Part shown: positions 52,700-55,501 of the stretch, piece after piece
Layout of the letters: each line of letters begins with the position of its first letter
How positions within the stretch are numbered: the stretch's first letter is position 1
From: Octopus bimaculoides
Taxonomy: Eukaryota
Direction: 5' to 3'
Length of the DNA: 55,501 bases
NCBI RefSeq assembly: GCF_001194135.2
Contig: NC_068984.1
Location: 70,875,013-70,930,513, forward strand
The notes under the pieces: model-generated
Database searches by the model: none
What the model was told of the DNA's origin: nothing
What the model saw: the letters and a program-made list of their open reading frames with translations, nothing else
Translations under genes and position numbers: made by a program

Positions 52700-53350
52700 G
52701 ACCTTTCCCACATGTTACCTCACTAGTACTGATCTGTACATCACTCTTATAACTCCAGCTGCAATTATGTGAGAGCAGATATGCATAAATTTTATCACCT
52801 TTTATCCAACATATATTACCTCTTATCTTGGAAATATTTCAATTCTGTAACCCATTACTCAATATCATGTGTTTCCATTTCTATTTCCTACTGAATATTC
52901 CATTCTCCTGATCTAAATCTTATGACTGCCAAACCTCATGCTTAACACCTCCTCCATCTCATAACTGTTATCATTCTTTATACCTTTTCATATCTGCCAT
53001 AAACACCCCCACTGCCTACTGTTGTTTAACAATCACTATATTCCACACCTATGCATCTCCAGCCAGCATCTCTATCACTGTACATTTTTCTGTTCTCCAA
53101 ATAGGCATCATCTAGTTAGTTGTCATATCTCTACTGTTTTACTATACTGTTGCACACCAACCCCTATTTTTTTGTTTTGCCCTTTCTTTCTTTCTGACAC
53201 AGACCTTCACCTTACCCCCAAACTGATACTCATCATTACCAGCACCTTGACGTTTGCTCATCATTCACTGCATTCACCTTTATTCCCAACTCTAATTATA
53301 TGTCACACTTCATTGACATATTTTGAAAATTACTCACCCAACTTTCCCAA
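52700..53350 (-). mobile_element. Highly decayed RTE 5'/endonuclease region
   Basis: Purine-rich minus strand with RTE-like remnants; no clean ORF. Confidence 0.4.
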
Positions 53351-54737
53351 TTTTCTGTCCCTATAGAATTTTTAGAACTATTTGGGACAACATTATGCAA
53401 TATGCCTTTATTTTCATGAGACAATATAATACAATTTTAGGGAGATCTAGTAGCTAATTTTAGCATTCCAAGTGACAACATATACGTATTTGTATTATTG
53501 TAATGTAATAGGGTTGATTCAATCAATTTATACAATTTCTCTATAAAACAGAAATAGTTTTTGTGCATAAGTCTTGGAAAATACTATAAATCATGCATGA
53601 CCCTGTGGAATGATGTATCACTGACAAAAAGCAATAAAGCAGAATAATGAAAGCAAGATCAAAGAATACTCATATATTATCAGTTCAGTTCAACTCAGCT
53701 GACTAAGTGTTGTCATCAATTGTCTATAACATGATATCCTATAACAAATATAAATATTTGGTTATGTTGTTTTTAACAAATAAATGCCTCATGGAAGAGT
53801 AAGGACTCTTTTATCTTATAGACTTTGTGTCATAATAAAATGGTCCCAGAATTCTATGTAAAGTGGTTGGTGAATGAACCGAGGCAATATTGTTTTGAAA
53901 GCACCTTTTGCTCTTGGTGAAGACACAATAGCCTCTCTAGTGCTTGTGCCATGATTGAATGACTTAGTAAAGTAATTTTTGATAAAAAGGATATCTAGTC
54001 ATAAAGGCCAATTCAAAAGTGAACTGTATGCTCAAGATGTGGTCCTCTTACCTGTATAGGGGAGAAGTAGCTTTGAACATGAATTGACTCAAGCAGTAAG
54101 GGTTTGTCTTACCTGTGCCAGGATGGCAGTTAGGAATAAGAAGTAATCAAACAACACTTTATGCTAAAATGCTGCCTGAATCCATTTTGAATATATATTG
54201 ATTTTTCCAAATTGACACATTGCTACAGTTTTTTGTAGGCTTGTTGTTATGGTCAATAAAACCAGCTTTGGTACTTAACTAGTACTTTATTTTATTGAAC
54301 TTGTAAAGATTAATCTCAAGAAGCTGAACCTGATGAAAGAGATGACAAAGAACCATTATAAACTGAAGGTTGTGAAACTAGAGAAAAGATTCCCACTGGT
54401 GCAAGTGTGACAAAGCAATCTTTCAAATAATAGTAGAGCTGAGAGCCTGAATTTGTAATGTATATTTGCATTAGGTTTGCCCTCATATATACTCTCATTA
54501 AATCTTACCTTCTTCCTTCGGTATTACCTTTTCATCATTCCCTCATCATGCTCCAGTTCACTGTATCATGTTACCAACCTTCTATCCCTGTACCCGCATA
54601 ATGTGGGATTTGAACTTAGAATATAAGGCCTGGTAACAAAATACTACAGAAGAATTTGTCTGTCACTCTAATAATTCTGGTGAAGGCATGTGACTGAGCA
54701 GTTATAACAATCTTCTGATTACTATAAAAAAAAATCT

Positions 54738-55090
54738 GCAGGCATAGCTGAATGGTAAGCAGCTTGCTTCTCAACCACATGGTTCTGGGTTCAGTCCCAC
54801 TATGTGGCATCTTGGATAAATGCCTTCTACTATAGCCACAGTTTGACCAAAGCCTTGTGAGTGGATTTGGTAGACAAAAACTGAAAGAAGCCCATTGTAT
54901 GTCCTCCACCACCGCTTGACAACTGGTGTTAGTGTGTTTACATCTCCATAGTTTAGCAGTTCAGCAAAAGTGCCTGGCTTAAACACAATATAAGTACTGG
55001 AGTCAATTCATTCAACTAAAAATTCTTCAAGGTGGTGCCCCAGCATGGCTTCAGTCTCATGACGGAAACATGTGAAAGGTGAAAGATAAA
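54738..55090 (+). mobile_element. tRNA-derived octopus SINE
   Basis: Homologous to 1968-2362 and 31706-32124. Confidence 0.88.
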
Positions 55091-55128
55091 AGAAAAACAT
55101 GAATCAACTCCAAATCCTTTGTCTTATA

Positions 55129-55392
55129 CATTATTTACATTATTTACATTTGACAGATATTTGTTCTCATCTTGTTTGTCGTTAACACAACATTTCGGCT
55201 GATATACCCTCCAACCTTCATCAGGTGTCTTGGGGAATTTTCAAACCTGGGTTCTCATTCCTAAAGTATTTTCCAATGTTGTTGTTATTATTATTATTAT
55301 TATTATTATCATTGTTGAGGTAACTGCTTCGAATTGAACTTGGAATCTTGGGTTAATAGCCCGTGCTCTTAACCACTACACCATATGCCCAC
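55129..55392 (-). mobile_element. Composite element: tRNA-like head, (AAT)n, HHR body, (TGTAAATAA)n tail
   Basis: Minus: GGGCATATGGTGTAGTGGTTAAGAGC (A box)...GTTCAATTC (B box) at ~55326-55392; HHR 55184-55229; tail repeats 55129-55150. Confidence 0.75.
55184..55229 (-). ncRNA. Minimal type I hammerhead ribozyme
   Basis: Minus: GACAC-CTGATGA-a GGTTG gagggtatat CAGCC-GAAA-T GTT^GTGTT. Confidence 0.82.
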
Positions 55393-55501
55393 AGGTATAT
55401 GACGAAGTGGTTTTGCCTTATCTTAAAAAGAGAAAGAACACGTTGTTTACTAAGATGGTAAATTGATCTTTATTGTCTGCAATATTAAGAATTTATAAAG
55501 C

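Overview
AT-rich, microsatellite-dense animal genomic DNA with five N-gaps. It is most likely an Octopus assembly, judged from recalled tRNA-SINE and RTE-tail families (not database-verified). No host protein-coding gene could be reliably assembled; nearly all recognisable coding sequence is decayed transposon: R4/Dong-type RLE LINEs, RTE LINEs, two Ty3/Gypsy relics, Penelope-like RT, hAT, mariner, maT and pogo. The most interesting signal is a set of unrelated small retroelements carrying minimal type I hammerhead ribozymes (HHRs). Two are ~350-nt terminally redundant units resembling non-LTR retrozymes or Penelope pLTRs (189-647, 20062-20459), one is a tRNA-headed SINE-like element with an internal HHR (55129-55392), and one is a decayed variant (51740-51774). 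Other unexplained structures are a perfect 74-bp hairpin, a perfect 122-bp inverted repeat 2.3 kb apart, a foldback MITE containing telomeric repeats, and a higher-order tandem repeat whose units are joined by palindromes.
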